Of a stretch of DNA of 64,000 nucleotides, positions 1-11,903 are shown in pieces. Origin of the DNA: Podarcis vaucheri (Eukaryota); the NCBI GenBank assembly GCA_965113315.1, contig OZ220368.1; one strand, 5' to 3'. Position 1 is the first letter of the stretch. Every line of letters begins with the position of its first letter. The position numbers were made by a program, and so were the translations under genes. The notes under the pieces are model-generated. The model saw only the letters and a program-made list of their open reading frames with translations, was not told the DNA's origin and did not search any database.

Positions 1-1862
1 TCAGAATAACTACTTTTGATGTCCTTTCCTATTGCTAAATAATTATAATTACTTTTAGGTCTCTAGTGACCTGTCAATATTTTGTTTTAATAGAAAAGGT
101 AATGCAGGAAAAGATTTATATATTATATTTCCTTTGCCATTCAAGCCAGCAAATTTGAATTTCAACGTCCTGTGCAATTAGAAGAAACCCTGAGAAGTAT
201 GTGTTAGGGGGCTTATGATACTGCGACGAAATAGCTGTGGAAATTTAAAACGAGGGGAAAATCTTGTTTAGCTATAATAGAAATACATGCAAATCATCTT
301 TCCTGTTTAGCTAAATTTGATCAGCATGCATTGTGTATGATTTGAGTCATCTTTGTGTGTAGAAGCACACCAGTAGGGGATGTTGCCTGCACAGGGCACA
401 TTGACCAGCGGATTATACTAATGTGCCTGTTATGGGCTCCTGATTGATATGGTGAACAATGAAAAGTCACGTATCTTTGCAAGGAGTTTTCAGCTTTTAG
501 AAAAGTTCTTTCCAGGGCAAATGTTTTCCCACTGTTGCTTTAGAAGAGAGGGAGAGAAGAAGCCTGATCCCTTTTTCCTGTTGCAATGTCCTGCCTTTTT
601 AAGAACTTACTTCTGTGCTTGAGCACATATTTATTTCTTTATTATTATTACTCAGCACTCTACTGTGTTCTTCAAGCATGTGTTATTATGCATCTTCTCT
701 CTGTAATAATTGCAGCTGGGAAACTGAGTCTGCAATCCTCCCCAAAAAAGCTCAACAACTCTGGGCAATCCACCCACCCCACACACACTCCTTCTCCCTC
801 CAATGACAATGGGTAGATCACTGCCAGTTTTTTTATACTGGGAGTAGATCACAGTGGGGGGAGAGAGAGTGTGTTAAAATTCATGCAGGCAACATGCAGA
901 GGAGGGGGGTACATTTCATTCCTTTAAAAAGCAATCTACCTCTACCAAAATAAAAAAGACATATGCAACCCAAACCTATGAATCGCTTGCCCATGAGCAA
1001 GTAACACTCATTTAATGATGCTTACTCCCATGTATATATTTGCATAGATTTTAGTCCCACAGTGCAATCCTATTCATGTTTATTCAGAAGTGAGCCCCAT
1101 TCAGTTCAGCAGGACTTTCTCCCAGGTTAGTGTGCTTAAAGTTCCTCCCTCTCTACTAACCTCAGTTCTCTTTTAGATGTTCGTGCCAAGACTCCTCTGC
1201 TGCTTCTGTTTGATCTCTTGAAAGGAGAGCACAGCTGCTCTTTGGAGTCCAGGTCCCTCTCAAGTGCAGTATAACCCACCAACCCCCCTTTGCTGCATGA
1301 CCTGGCAGTTGACATCAGCAGAGATGGATCCACCTCTACCTTTTGTCTTCTACTCTCCCTCCTTAATGGATTCTGCTTCAGAAACAGTTGCCATGTCTAT
1401 TCCTCTTGCTTGCAGTATGGGGCAGCTTTACATTATTATTGTTTCCGCCTTCTTCACAATGGAGCCAGAGCTGTTGGTATAAATTGGTAATTCCAGAGAA
1501 TGAAATGCCTTCTCTTTCTTGCTCTGATTTAAACATGTTTTTTCCCCTCAAGCCTTCCTTTTAAAACATTTTTCTAAGTACCGGTATCTCTTCCACATTA
1601 TTCTCTCTCGCCCTCCTCTACACATGCCCAGCACTGGGTGTTGAAATTTTGCACCCCTAACAATTTTGTGCCCGGGGCAACTTAATCTGTGCCCCCCATG
1701 CCATGCTACTGTACAAGGCGGGGGGGGGCAGCAGCTGTACATATTATTTGGAGGGTACGTATCCGACATACAGAGGCCTTGTGCACAAGGTGGAGGTTGG
1801 GAAGAAAGATCACATAGCTCTCTGCTGAATAACCATCTCCATAGCTTTAGCCAAACTAAATA

Positions 1863-2093
1863 CAGTGGCACCTCTGGTTACGTACTTAATTCATTCCGGA
1901 GGTCCGTTCTTAACCTGAAACTGTTCTTAACCTGAAGACCACTTTACCTAATGGGGGCCTCACGCTGCCACCGCACAATTTCTGTTCTCATCCTGAAGCA
2001 AAGCTCTTAACTCGAGGTACTATTTCTGGGTTAGCGGAGTCTGTAACCTGAAGCATATGTAACCTGAAGCGTATGTAACCCAAGGTACCACTG
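1863..2093. mobile_element. Tc1/mariner-type MITE
   Basis: TA-CAGTGGCACCTC...AGGTACCACTG-TA. Confidence 0.85.
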
Positions 2094-2413
2094 TAAGATG
2101 GTTTGAGGTCCATGGTTGGCTCTCCCATGTTCTTTTTAAATGACAAAATGCAGCCACTGTTCCCTCATCAGTGGATTTACGGTAACTCCCCACCCTTGCT
2201 GTCTTTCCCAAATCAAGCGGTCTCCCTGTAGCTCCTATTTTCCCATCTGAGCAAAACAGACATGCACACACATGACATCTTGAGAAACATGATTTATTTT
2301 ATATCATTACAACATGTTTTATGTTTTGTTAAATAAAAAAATAGAAAATATGCGCATGGTGGAATCAAATAGCGTTCACGTTCTGTTAAATAGACATTGC
2401 TCCAAAGTACAGG

Positions 2414-2414
<1 letters not shown>

Positions 2415-2450
<36 letters not shown>
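2415..2450. repeat. (TG)n microsatellite; others near 17758-17783, 46058-46096, 51154-51177, 55435-55455
   Basis: Seen directly. Confidence 0.95.
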
Positions 2451-2454
<4 letters not shown>

Positions 2455-2693
2455 AACTGCAAGTTATTTTGCGAACTCATCCCCTCCCCCAACCATTTTC
2501 TTTACTGGGATTTTGAAATTGACAGAAAACTCAGAACAACACTTCTCCCCCTTATATTCATTTTCCTCCTTCCTATTGTTGAAATTTAGCTAGTGAGATA
2601 ACACAAATTGTTCAAGTGTCATAGTGTTCAAATTATGCCTCTCAACTTATGTGTTTTTAATCCCTTCAATTTCAAATTTCTGATCCATTATGG

Positions 2694-2829
2694 CAGACAT
2701 CCCCAAACTCGGCCCTCCAGCTGTTTTGGGACTACAACTCCCATCATCCCTGACCTCTGGTCCTGTTAGCTAGGGATGGTGGAAGTTGTAGTCCCAAAAC
2801 ACCTGGAGGGCTGAGTTTGGAGATGCCTG
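2694..2829. mobile_element. Palindromic hAT-type MITE; many decayed relatives (about 4967-5110, 5188-5310, 14560-14700, 18980-19085, 20430-20565, 21425-21558, 52335-52430, 55975-56075, 59012-59148)
   Basis: Fold-back GGACTACAACTCCCATC / GATGG..AGTTGTAGTCC; 8-bp TSD CATTATGG at 2686-2693 and 2830-2837. Confidence 0.85.
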
Positions 2830-4385
2830 CATTATGGCTTCTCACAAGGGATGAAAAGTATCAGTGGGTACGGCATGTCAACAAAACAAAAGAAACTGGG
2901 TACTTTGCTTACTCTACTGCAGCTGTTTGGAAGGTGAAGACCCCAAGGGATGTGTCTTCCTTGGAGCAATTTGACAAGTCCTAAATGTTGGTTTGTTGCT
3001 AAGAAATCTTGTTTACACGGATGTGCCCAGGTACTGATGCTCACTCAGCCATTGTCCATAGCCATTGTCTAGCTCCAGCATGATCATCTCTATGAACCAG
3101 CAGTTCAGTTGTGAGTGCTCTTGCAAACAGCACCTCCAGGCAATTCCTACTGGGATATGAACCTGCTAATAACCTTGCACACTCCTGCAGGTGATCACAC
3201 AGGGGTCTTCAAAGGTATGAACTGGGCAGGAGGTCTCAATGGCACATCGCTGTGAAAACAACACAGTAGTCTATAAAACAGGTCTATATGCTTGTAGGAG
3301 GGGAAGTTGCCTGTGGTTGGAAGCCACTTCTTCAGGCTATACCATAGAGGTGGTGTCTCCAAGTTTCTGGAACAGCTGCAACAAGAAGTCATTTGTAACC
3401 AATCACATTTCTCTGAAGCATTATATAATTCTACAATTCTATGATTCTATGATTTCCAGGCATGGGTTGTTGTTGTTGTTTTGGTCCCACCTCTTTCCCT
3501 GCGAAAACTCGCTGTTTACCACTGAATCAGAACAAACATCAACCTTCAGAAGACCTGACTGATGTTTGTTCCAGTTCAACAGTATACAGTGAGGTTTTGT
3601 TTTTGTTTTTTTTAACTCACAGACCTGTGCCTACAGATCATGGCACAAATGGAAGTGTGGATGAGTCCTATTGTTGGACTCCAGTTCCCATCAGCCCCCG
3701 CCACTCAGGGGACAATGGGAGTTGTGTGTTGTACCTGGAAGCCTTCAGGTTCCCCAACCCTGCTGTAAAGCTTAAGGGAACCAAACCAGCCAGATAGAAT
3801 CATGCTCCCCTGAGAGCACATGACACATGGAAATTTTTCTTACCTTGCTCAAAAATGGGATGTTCACCAATGATCCCAGAAACCCAAAGACAACTGGGAA
3901 AAAACTCCTGAGGACAAATAAGTCATTGTTAATAATGGCTGAAAATCAGCAGCCGGAACGAAACCCGAGAGTTAAACTAGATGTGACAGCAGCAATTCCC
4001 TGTGTTGAAAGCAAAGTAGAAAGATGGCTAAGGAGTGCTGACCCCCTCCTTTGTTCATAGCTTCTCTAGCCATGGCTCCTTCCTCCGCGCATCTTTCTCC
4101 CAGCCGAGGCTCCAATACCAGAAGTGATCCTGGCCGAGAGAAAAGTAGCTGGAGAGAGGTAATCTGTGGGTGAAGGAACAATCTGGTCTGGAGGGTCTCC
4201 AACCCTCTAGATCAGTTTTTGAGGATCATAAAGGATTGTATGGGAGAGCAGAAGGGAATATCCATTGTGCAAGTGGAAATCCATTATGTGAATGGAATGG
4301 CAGCACAGAATAAACAATGCAAGGAGGGAGATACAGTCCCAAAAATGAGGTGGTAAGGGAACCCATGGCTACTTTAAATTAATTC

Positions 4386-4534
4386 AGATCTCCAGGAGCT
4401 GATGAGCTGTACCCAAGGGTACTAAAGGAGCTTGTGGACATAATCTCAGAGCCTCCGTATATAATATTTGAGAATTCTTGAAGAACAGATGAGGTCCCTG
4501 CAAACTGGAGGAGGGCAAATGTTGTCCCCATCTT
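4386..4534 (+). mobile_element. CR1 LINE ORF2 fragment
   Basis: Translates SPGADELYPRVLKELVDIISEP...EVPANWRRANVVPIF, the typical CR1 pre-RT motif. Confidence 0.85.
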
Positions 4535-5869
4535 CTTCTTGTTAGAACTGGTAAGGTTGTAGCCCATGAGGCTCCAACTTAGAGCACCAATTTCAGAAAC
4601 TGTAAACTTATAGAGTTCAGGTCTGGCATCACGTGCAGCTATCAACAACCCTGGACTTACCCAGACTTGCCTACATACAGTAGTTTCCCTAGAAAGCTTT
4701 GTGGCTTTGGTATGAATAATCACCTGAAGAGGTTAATGAAGCCATAGGTCTCCAGAAGCATGCCTAGGACAGGCCACCGAAGCAGGACGATAATTATGCC
4801 CCCCAAAAAGAAACTGGTTCCCTTAAGCTTCTGCCTCTGGAAGAAGAAACCAAAGGTTCTTCTTAGTCCAATGATAATGGCCAGGCCAGACAGGAACAGG
4901 ATCTAAAGAGAAGAAGATCAAAACCCAGGGATTATTGGAGTGTATTATAGCTAGTAGACGCTTTATCAGGGATGGGGAGCATGCGGCCTTTCAGATGCTG
5001 TTGGACTCTGACTCCCACCATCCCTGACTGTTCGTCATTGTCAGCCCTAGTTTTGGCTGATGGGAGTTGTAGTCCAACAATATCTAGAGGGCTCCTGATT
5101 TCTTGCCCCTGATTTTCATGTTTATGTATATACTGCTTTTCTTTTTTTTACATCACAAAACACTTTATATAGTGATCATTTATAATTCAGGAGTAGGCAA
5201 CACAATACCCTCTGGATGTTTTGGACCAAGCCCCACCCCATCCCTGACCACTGGGCATGCTGGTTGGGGCTGATGGGAACGGCAGTGCACAACATCAGGA
5301 GTAACCACATTGGCTATCACTGGTATTCTCTCTTAGGGGTGCTGGGCGTAAAGGCCGAATCCGTCCTACAGGCTTGATGAACTTCTTATCCTCTTCAGTA
5401 ATTCTCTCTGTTTTGTCTTTGGAGGGAAAGGAGAACATTGGTCCTGTTGCCTCTCTTTTCTTTGTCTTGTGGGGATCCTTTAGCCAGTGGCATTGTGTAG
5501 GGGACCCCCTAGGGGTGGTTGCCCCAGGCGCAAAATTGTTAGGGGGCATAGAATTTCAACACCCAGTGCTGCCTGAATACAGCTACACGCTGGGCTCCGT
5601 TGAAAACAGCTTATCCCTGCAAACAAGGACAGCACAATAACTCTTGACTGTGCATGCACAGGTGGAATTAACAGCCCCCCAACCACCTTGTGAGGGAAAG
5701 AGGGATTGACAGCCAACAGGCCAGCATAAGGTTGCCCTTCTAACCTGGAATGTGGTCGGATGGGCAGCATCTATCAGGAACAACTGTTTCACTGATTTTC
5801 TATCACAACATCACATCTTACTGATACAGGAAACCTGGACTAGGGATGACATATATTAAATGGATACTA

Positions 5870-6230
5870 CTTGCTCAGACTACATAAATTCCCAGGTCAC
5901 ACAGAACAAGTTCATGCCTCCCTGCTACTTCAAGATGAAAACCCAGATGTTACATACTCAGTTGCTAGATTCTGCGCTGCCATGATGGATATTTGTCAAA
6001 AGATGGTTTGCACCACAAACTAGGCCCAAAATACAAGACCTGTGCTCCTCCACACTCCCTCCCACATAGTCGTTTGTCCCTGTTTCTATCTTTTTAAGTA
6101 GGTATGATATATAATCACCTTTTAATTACCAGTTTTTACTCATTACCTGTTTTCATCTTATGTGTTCAGTTTCCGTATGTTTTATCTTATGCTGGTCTGT
6201 GACCGAAATAAAGTTTGATACTGATACTGA
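5870..6230 (+). mobile_element. Second, diverged 3' fragment of the same RTE-X-like family
   Basis: Similar to 10020-10410 (GCGCTGCCATGAT; TTATGCTGGTCTGTGACCG..ATAAA). Confidence 0.6.
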
Positions 6231-6889
6231 ATGTGGATGTGTACTCTGCCTGTTTCGCTCCCTTCTACTTACCCCCTCCACACTGCCCCATGCCACACCA
6301 TTGCCTTCAGCCACTTCATTGTTGACACAGGAACAAGGGTATTGTGTTGCTGGAGGAACATCACCTTCCTCAGTTCATGAAGTATCACTTACACCCATAC
6401 CTTTGCAGCATGTGCTGTGTATAGTGGTTGGTACACAATACAAAAGCTTCAATTCTGTAATGGGCTGCCAGTCCTGATCATGCAATAAGAAATGTCTGCT
6501 GGATCAGGCCAAAGGCCCATGCAGTCTGGCATCCTGTTCTTACCTTGAACAATCATTTGCCTATAGGAAGCATGAAAGCAGGATTTGAGCACAACAGCGC
6601 TCTCCCCTCCTGTGGCTTCCAGTGACTGATACATATGTCTTCTGACAGAGGAGGTGGAACGCAGCCATCGTGGCTGGTAGTCATTCCTTAAAACCTTAGA
6701 CTAGACAACTCTGCTTGGAAGCAAGTCTCCCGGTTGATGCCAATGGAACTACCTTCCACAACAGTGTCTGTAAACTGGGCTTAGTGATCCTTATGATTCA
6801 TCAAAGCTTTGAAGGCAAACTGGCTGATATATGTGATGACAAAAGCAACATCTGGAAGGAAACATCTGGAGCTTGAGAAAGAAACTTAC

Positions 6890-6981
6890 ATTTCCGAAGG
6901 CCAGAAGCACCGAATCCATGTACAATAGCATACCGAAAAGGAGGAAAAACATCCCAAAGCCCACAAGTCCCACACCAATCC
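6890..6981 (-). CDS. GOLT1A: GOLT1A second coding exon, 92 nt (RIGVGLVGFGMFFLLFGMLLYMDSVLLAFGN), Got1/Sft2-family vesicle transport protein
   Basis: ttacag| and AAT|gtaagt; DSVLLAFGN is GOLT1A-like; position downstream of PLEKHA6 fits recalled synteny; later exons not found in the window. Confidence 0.93.
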
Positions 6982-7489
6982 CTGTAACAGATGAAATGAA
7001 TGTAATCAAACACACAGCATTCTGAAGATCAGGGGGAGGAAGGCCCACTTATAACTCAATAGTGGGAAAATATGTTTCTGGTGTCTGCAGTTTGGGCTCA
7101 GAATACCTGTTCTTGCATGGTCCTGCTTTTCTTTTGAGATCTGTATGGGTTAGGGTGTCTATCATAGTCAAATGTCAGTGCTGGACAGCTGTGTTAATTC
7201 TCCTGCTCTTCATTATCATGTGCTGTGTTCCTTTGCAGGATGATAGTTGGCAGTCTTGGAAAGATCCCTCTGCGTGATACATTGGCAGACAGCAAACAGG
7301 TCCCTGACACAGACTCTGCTGGTGATCTGCAACTCACTGTCCCATCACAGTCTAGCTGAGAGATGGCAAACCTTCTTCAGTCCAAGGGCTGCATTCCCTT
7401 CTGGGAGCTGTGTGTCAATGGTGAATGGGGCCAAAGGCAAAAGTGGGCATAGCAATAAATGTAAAATTTGTGGGAAATTGCAGCCTGGA

Positions 7490-7950
7490 TAGCTCCGTTG
7501 GCTAGCCGCTAGAGCATGGTGATGATAATGCAAAGGTTGCAGGTTTAATCCTTGTATGCGGCAGCTGCATATTCCTGCATTGCAGGAGATTGGATTAGAT
7601 TATTCTTGGAGACCCTTCCAACTCTAAGATTCTAAAATTCTATGATTCTATGATAATTATGCATGAATTCTAGTTTGTGCATGAAAAGGGCTAGAACCAG
7701 AGAGGTCTGTTCCTAAACTCAGCTAAGTCATACCCCCTTACCTCCAAAAAAGGAGGAATTGAAGCTGCATGTGTCCCTCCATCCCAGTCCCCCCATTGCT
7801 GCTTGGATATGATAGCACAGTCAGCAGAGCATGCGACTCTAACTCTCAGGGCCGTGGTTTGAGCCCCACATTAGGTGAAAGGTTCCTGCATTGCAGGGGG
7901 TTGGACTAGATGACCCTTGTAGTCCATTGCAACTCTATGATTCTGTGAAA
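7490..7950 (+). mobile_element. Two tRNA-headed, CR1-tailed SINEs (about 7490-7655 and 7810-7950)
   Basis: TTCCTGCATTGCAGG core, CCTTCCAACTCTA and (ATTCTATG)n tail; second head is tRNA-Lys(CTT)-like. Confidence 0.7.
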
Positions 7951-8091
7951 TGCATGAATCTGATCTCTGGAATGTTTTGTAAGTAAAGAATTTTAAACTT
8001 CCTTAACAGTGTGTGGCCTGTTCATCACAAGAGGGGTTGGAAAGAAAGGAGTGCTGTTTGCAAGCAGACTAAATGGGTCCAACAACCTATA

Positions 8092-8339
8092 CAGTGGTAC
8101 CTCTACTTATGGACACGATCCATTCCGCGGTGCCATTTGCACCCCGAAAAGTCCATAAGTAGAGCGCCGCTTCTGCACTTGCGCGTGATGTGATAGATCG
8201 CTCCTGCGCATGTGTGAAGCATGCAGATCACTCCTGCACATGCATGAAGCAGTGAACCCGGAAGTAAACACTTCCAGGTTTGCCGTGTTTGTAACCAGAA
8301 AAAAGCAACATGAAGCAAACACAACTCGAGGTATGACTG
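8092..8339. mobile_element. Tc1/mariner-type MITE
   Basis: TA-CAGTGGTACCTC...GAGGTATGACTG-TA. Confidence 0.8.
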
Positions 8340-8668
8340 TATTCCTAAAGCTATACTTCTGCTTGACTTTTGTGAGTTTAAACTCTGCTACTGGGGCCTC
8401 TCTCTTGCTGGAGAGAGTTTAGCCTTGCATTTTAAATCTATTTGAGTCGATTCTTTTGTTATTTACTCCACACACGTGGGTCACAGGGATTCTATTTTCC
8501 TCCCACAGATTGTATTTTTGTTAAAGATTATACTGAAACTCTTGTGCCCTGGGAACAGAGGCAAAGATACTAATTTACTTCCTTTTCCAACAGCGCGTTC
8601 TCTGATCTTTTAAAAAACCAAACCAAGGAAGTGCCTGTGAAACAGTCAACAGAGTAACACTGGAACTA

Positions 8669-8870
8669 GAGAGCCAGTGTGGTGCAGTGGTTAGAGCACT
8701 GGACTATAAGACCAGGGAGGTGCAGATTCAAATCCCCACTCGGTCACAAAGCTTGCTGGGCCACTCAGTCACAGTCCACCTGATCTACTTCCCAGGTTTG
8801 TTATTAAAATGAGGGGAGGGAGAGCATTATGTTTGCTGCCTTGAACTTGCTAGTGAAAAGGCAAGTATTC
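8669..8870 (+). mobile_element. Old MIR-like tRNA-derived SINE (related copy at 49590-49810)
   Basis: GAGAGCCAGTGTGGTGCAGTGGTTAGAGC A box, TTCAAATCCC B box. Confidence 0.65.
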
Positions 8871-9072
8871 AAGTAAAGAAGTAAATAGGAGAGGTCAGGG
8901 TGACATTCTCTAAAAGCTGAGCTGGCAAAAGGAAGCCTTGATTAGATCCAATCATTCTTTCTTAGCTAACCTGACTACACTGTTACAGATAGGTAGCCGT
9001 GTTGGTCTGCCATAGTCAAAATAAAAAAATTCCTTCCAGTAGCACCTTAAAGACCAACTAAGTTAGTTCTTG

Positions 9073-9110
9073 GTATGAGCTTTCGTGTGCATGCACACTT
9101 CTTCAGATAC
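9073..9110 (-). ncRNA. Minimal type-I hammerhead ribozyme motif, sense to GOLT1A pre-mRNA
   Basis: GUAU-CUGAAGA-A-GUGUGCAUGCACAC-GAAA-GC-UC-AUAC: core CUGANGA/GAAA/UH, 4-bp helix I, palindromic helix II. Confidence 0.6.
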
Positions 9111-9192
9111 ACTGAAACAGAAGTTGCCAGATCCTTCTATATAGTGAGAAGGTGGGGAGGGGTATTACTTAGAAGGGTGGAGGGAATAGGAA

Positions 9193-9228
9193 TATCTGAA
9201 GAAGTGTGCATGCACACGAAAGCTCATA
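9193..9228 (+). ncRNA. Second copy of the minimal hammerhead motif, in the inverted arm
   Basis: UAU-CUGAAGA-A-GUGUGCAUGCACAC-GAAAGCUC-AUA; helix I only 3 bp. Confidence 0.5.
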
Positions 9229-9348
9229 CCAAGAACTAACTTAGTTGGTCTTTAAGGTGCTACTGGAAGGAATTTTTTTATTCTGACTACACTGGTATAA
9301 GAAGAAGTAACTTCTTCCTTTCAGGCTGTAAGATATGGTCATACTTAC

Positions 9349-9373
9349 TCTGGATTTCTGTGATCTCTATCAT
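9349..9373 (-). CDS. GOLT1A: GOLT1A first coding exon, 25 coding nt (MIEITEIQ-R)
   Basis: gaagATG with A at -3; A|gtaagt donor; joins the next exon in frame; cf. human MISITEWQK. Confidence 0.88.
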
Positions 9374-9509
9374 CTTCGCTGCTGTAGGCCTAGAAGGGCT
9401 CTGGATATTCAGGTGCAGATGCAAATGTCACGGAAGGGGGGGTGAGGTGCAGGAGGATGCTGTCACTTCCACATATTCCGCAGCCAGTGAACCTTGGAAA
9501 GGCCTTTAG

Positions 9510-9620
9510 CCCTTCCTGCGTCACCTTGCAAATCATTAACCTCTCAGCAGTGAAGACACCTCTTAAAGTTCACCGGGCTGTCACTCTGGAGTTTCCAAGC
9601 GGGTGGGGCGGAGAAGCGCC
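9510..9620 (-). promoter_or_regulatory. Possible GOLT1A proximal promoter (GC box GGGGCGGAG at 9605-9613; TGCGTCA near 9517)
   Basis: Motifs 150-240 bp upstream of the ATG; position only, no transcript evidence. Confidence 0.3.
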
Positions 9621-9774
9621 ATCACAAATGCTCAGCTTGTGCTTCTCCTGGACTTGTGAGGGGAAGCTAATAGCAGATTTCTCTGAGGCTTGAATTATGG
9701 CAAAAACTGCTGGCAAAAATGAATGAAAAGAAGCAAGCCACACAAATTATGGCATTGTTCATGTGTGTGTTTGG

Positions 9775-10418
9775 TCCCAAATGCCATACATCACTAATCT
9801 TGAAATACCAAAACAACGAAGAGCTTTCACCTTGACTCGTTGTCAGGCCCCCCCTTCAGCAGTTCAGGAAAGCAGTTATAGGAAGATACCATATGAGGAG
9901 AGGAGAGGAGAGGAGAGGAAATGCTCTTGTGGCTCTGGGGAGCAGGAAACAACAGAGCATGCCCTTCTTTATTGCCAGTATTACATAGATATTCAAGCTA
10001 GGTTTATCCAGCCCATCCTATGTAAGTTCCCTGGGTGTTCAGAACAACACTACACCTCCCTATTACAATAGGACGAAAGTCCAGAAGTCACAGATTTTGC
10101 GCTGCCATGATATCTATTCGTCGAAGGATGGTCTATGCTACAAATCAGTCCTAAATAGAAGGCCCATATTGTTAGATCCGCACTTTTGAAGCCCCACCCC
10201 ATACAGCTGTTCTTTTTAAACTGATCTCCTTTAAATTTTCCTTATCAGTTTTATTCATCCATTACCTATGCTTAATCAAGTATTCTATGTATATGTTTTA
10301 ATCTACGTTTGATTCTTGTTCCCAATTAATTTAATAATTATCCACTTAGAGATATTGTTATGCTATTTATTTAGATGTTTTGCTTATGCTGGTCTGTGAC
10401 CGTAATAAAGTAAATTCA
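9775..10418 (+). mobile_element. 5'-truncated non-LTR retrotransposon 3' end (RTE-X-like)
   Basis: Degenerate ORF with a CxC...E..EH.LL.C motif; ends GGTCTGTGACCGTAATAAA; 17-bp TSD TTCATGTGTKTGTTTGG (1 mismatch) at 9758-9774 and 10419-10435. Confidence 0.75.
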
Positions 10419-10824
10419 TTCATGTGTTTGTTTGGCTTCTAGGAGTTAATGCACAGTAGCCTTGAGGGCTGTTTTCCTTTCCACGTTTCCTATTTGCAAT
10501 CGGGAAGTATATGTCGAGGAGGGGGTACCTGCTTTCACATGAACCTGCCCATCAATTGCAGTCATCATGGGCAGACGCTCCTCTCTGCTAACAAGGGAGA
10601 TTAGTTTGCTGGCTGTTTTCCCCATGATCACTTGAAAAATCCTGAGCATCTTAACAGACCGCTTAATGGTTTTTCTGCCAGTTGTAGCCATTGCAACTCC
10701 ATAGAATACAATAACATCCAATGTTAGAATTAAAAGAAGCAACAAAATACAATTAATAACCAACATGGATATTTTATGCAATGGATATGCTGTCTCCCAT
10801 CTTCAACCACAAATCCACAGATTA

Positions 10825-10945
10825 AGAGACTCTTAATCTCAGGGTTGTGGGTTCAAGCCCCACGTTGGGCAAAAGATTATTGCATTGCAGGGTTGGACTA
10901 GATGATCCTAGTGGTCTCTTCCAACTCTACAGTTCTGTGATTCCA
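10825..10945 (+). mobile_element. tRNA-Lys(CTT)-derived, CR1-tailed SINE fragment
   Basis: GAGACTCTTAATCTCAGGGTTGTGGGTTCAAGCCCCACGTTGGGC followed by the SINE body. Confidence 0.75.
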
Positions 10946-11858
10946 AAATGATGTTGACCACCTGAATGAATCTTATGGACTCCTGGTGGCCCACGGGCCA
11001 GTTTGGGAATCCCTAGCTTAGAGGGCAGGGTGGAAAGATGTGAAGGCCAAAAAAGAATCTGGAAGGTTTATCAGCTAGATATAGGGTCCAGCCACTGGAC
11101 CATTGGTATATTGCATAGCATCTTGCCAACTATTTTGTTTCATGCAAACATCTTCTATTAGCCTCAAGAAATAATAATAATAATAAAAATCCCTCTGACG
11201 CAGTCTTGGAGCATTTCCTTTTCTATTGCATGGAAAATAGAATACATGTCCCATTCTCATACAAGCAGCGAGCAAAGAAATACCACAATAAAAAGCTAAT
11301 TAACTGGCCAGGGACAGCTGTATTATCTATATCTGCGTCACTAAGGCACAAGATCTATATGTTCTCTTTTGGTGCTTGACAAATAACTAAGGACACAAGA
11401 AGAGAATCTATTTCCAATAAGTGAATCATTCAGCACATTTTGAAATAGGAAATGTCTTTTCATGCTCATGATATAACCCAACTATCCTTGCTGCTTCTAT
11501 TGAAATTCTTGCAATCATTTTATAAGTTGATCTCTCAAAGGTTTGGCAAAAATGGAACCGCCGTACAAATAACTATTGTGATGCACTACCTTGCCCATTA
11601 ACATAACATCTAAGTCTCCTTTCTCTGAGTACAATCCTCTCCCCCCTTACCTGGAATGAACTGCTATTGAATTCAGTGGAATTTAGTTCTCAGAAGATCT
11701 GTACAGAGTTGTGCTGAACCTCTGTAATCCTGTACAGACTTACATGGGAATAAGTCCCATTGTACTTGGTGGGATTCTCTTCCTATGCACAGAATTGCAG
11801 GGCCATCAACTGGTCTGATGCACAAGGCTGGTGGTGAAGAGCATTTAGTATTGAGATA

Positions 11859-11872
11859 CTTATTTATTATTA

Positions 11873-11903
<31 letters not shown>

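Larger units (their letters stand above)
8983..9282. mobile_element. Penelope-like retroelement remnant with inverted terminal duplication (90-bp perfect arms 9020-9109 and 9193-9282)
   Basis: Flanking direct repeat CTGACTACACTG at 8971-8982 and 9283-9294; arm sequence resembles squamate Penelope termini (recall). Confidence 0.75.

Noticed and set aside
1-6889. Remaining GOLT1A exons and the KISS1 neighbour expected from mammalian synteny
   Set aside because: No matching coding sequence found by eye; presumably beyond the window start
10825-10872. tRNA-Lys(CTT)-like sequence (also about 7810-7878)
   Set aside because: Incomplete or mutated cloverleaf running straight into a SINE body with a CR1 tail; a SINE head, not a tRNA gene
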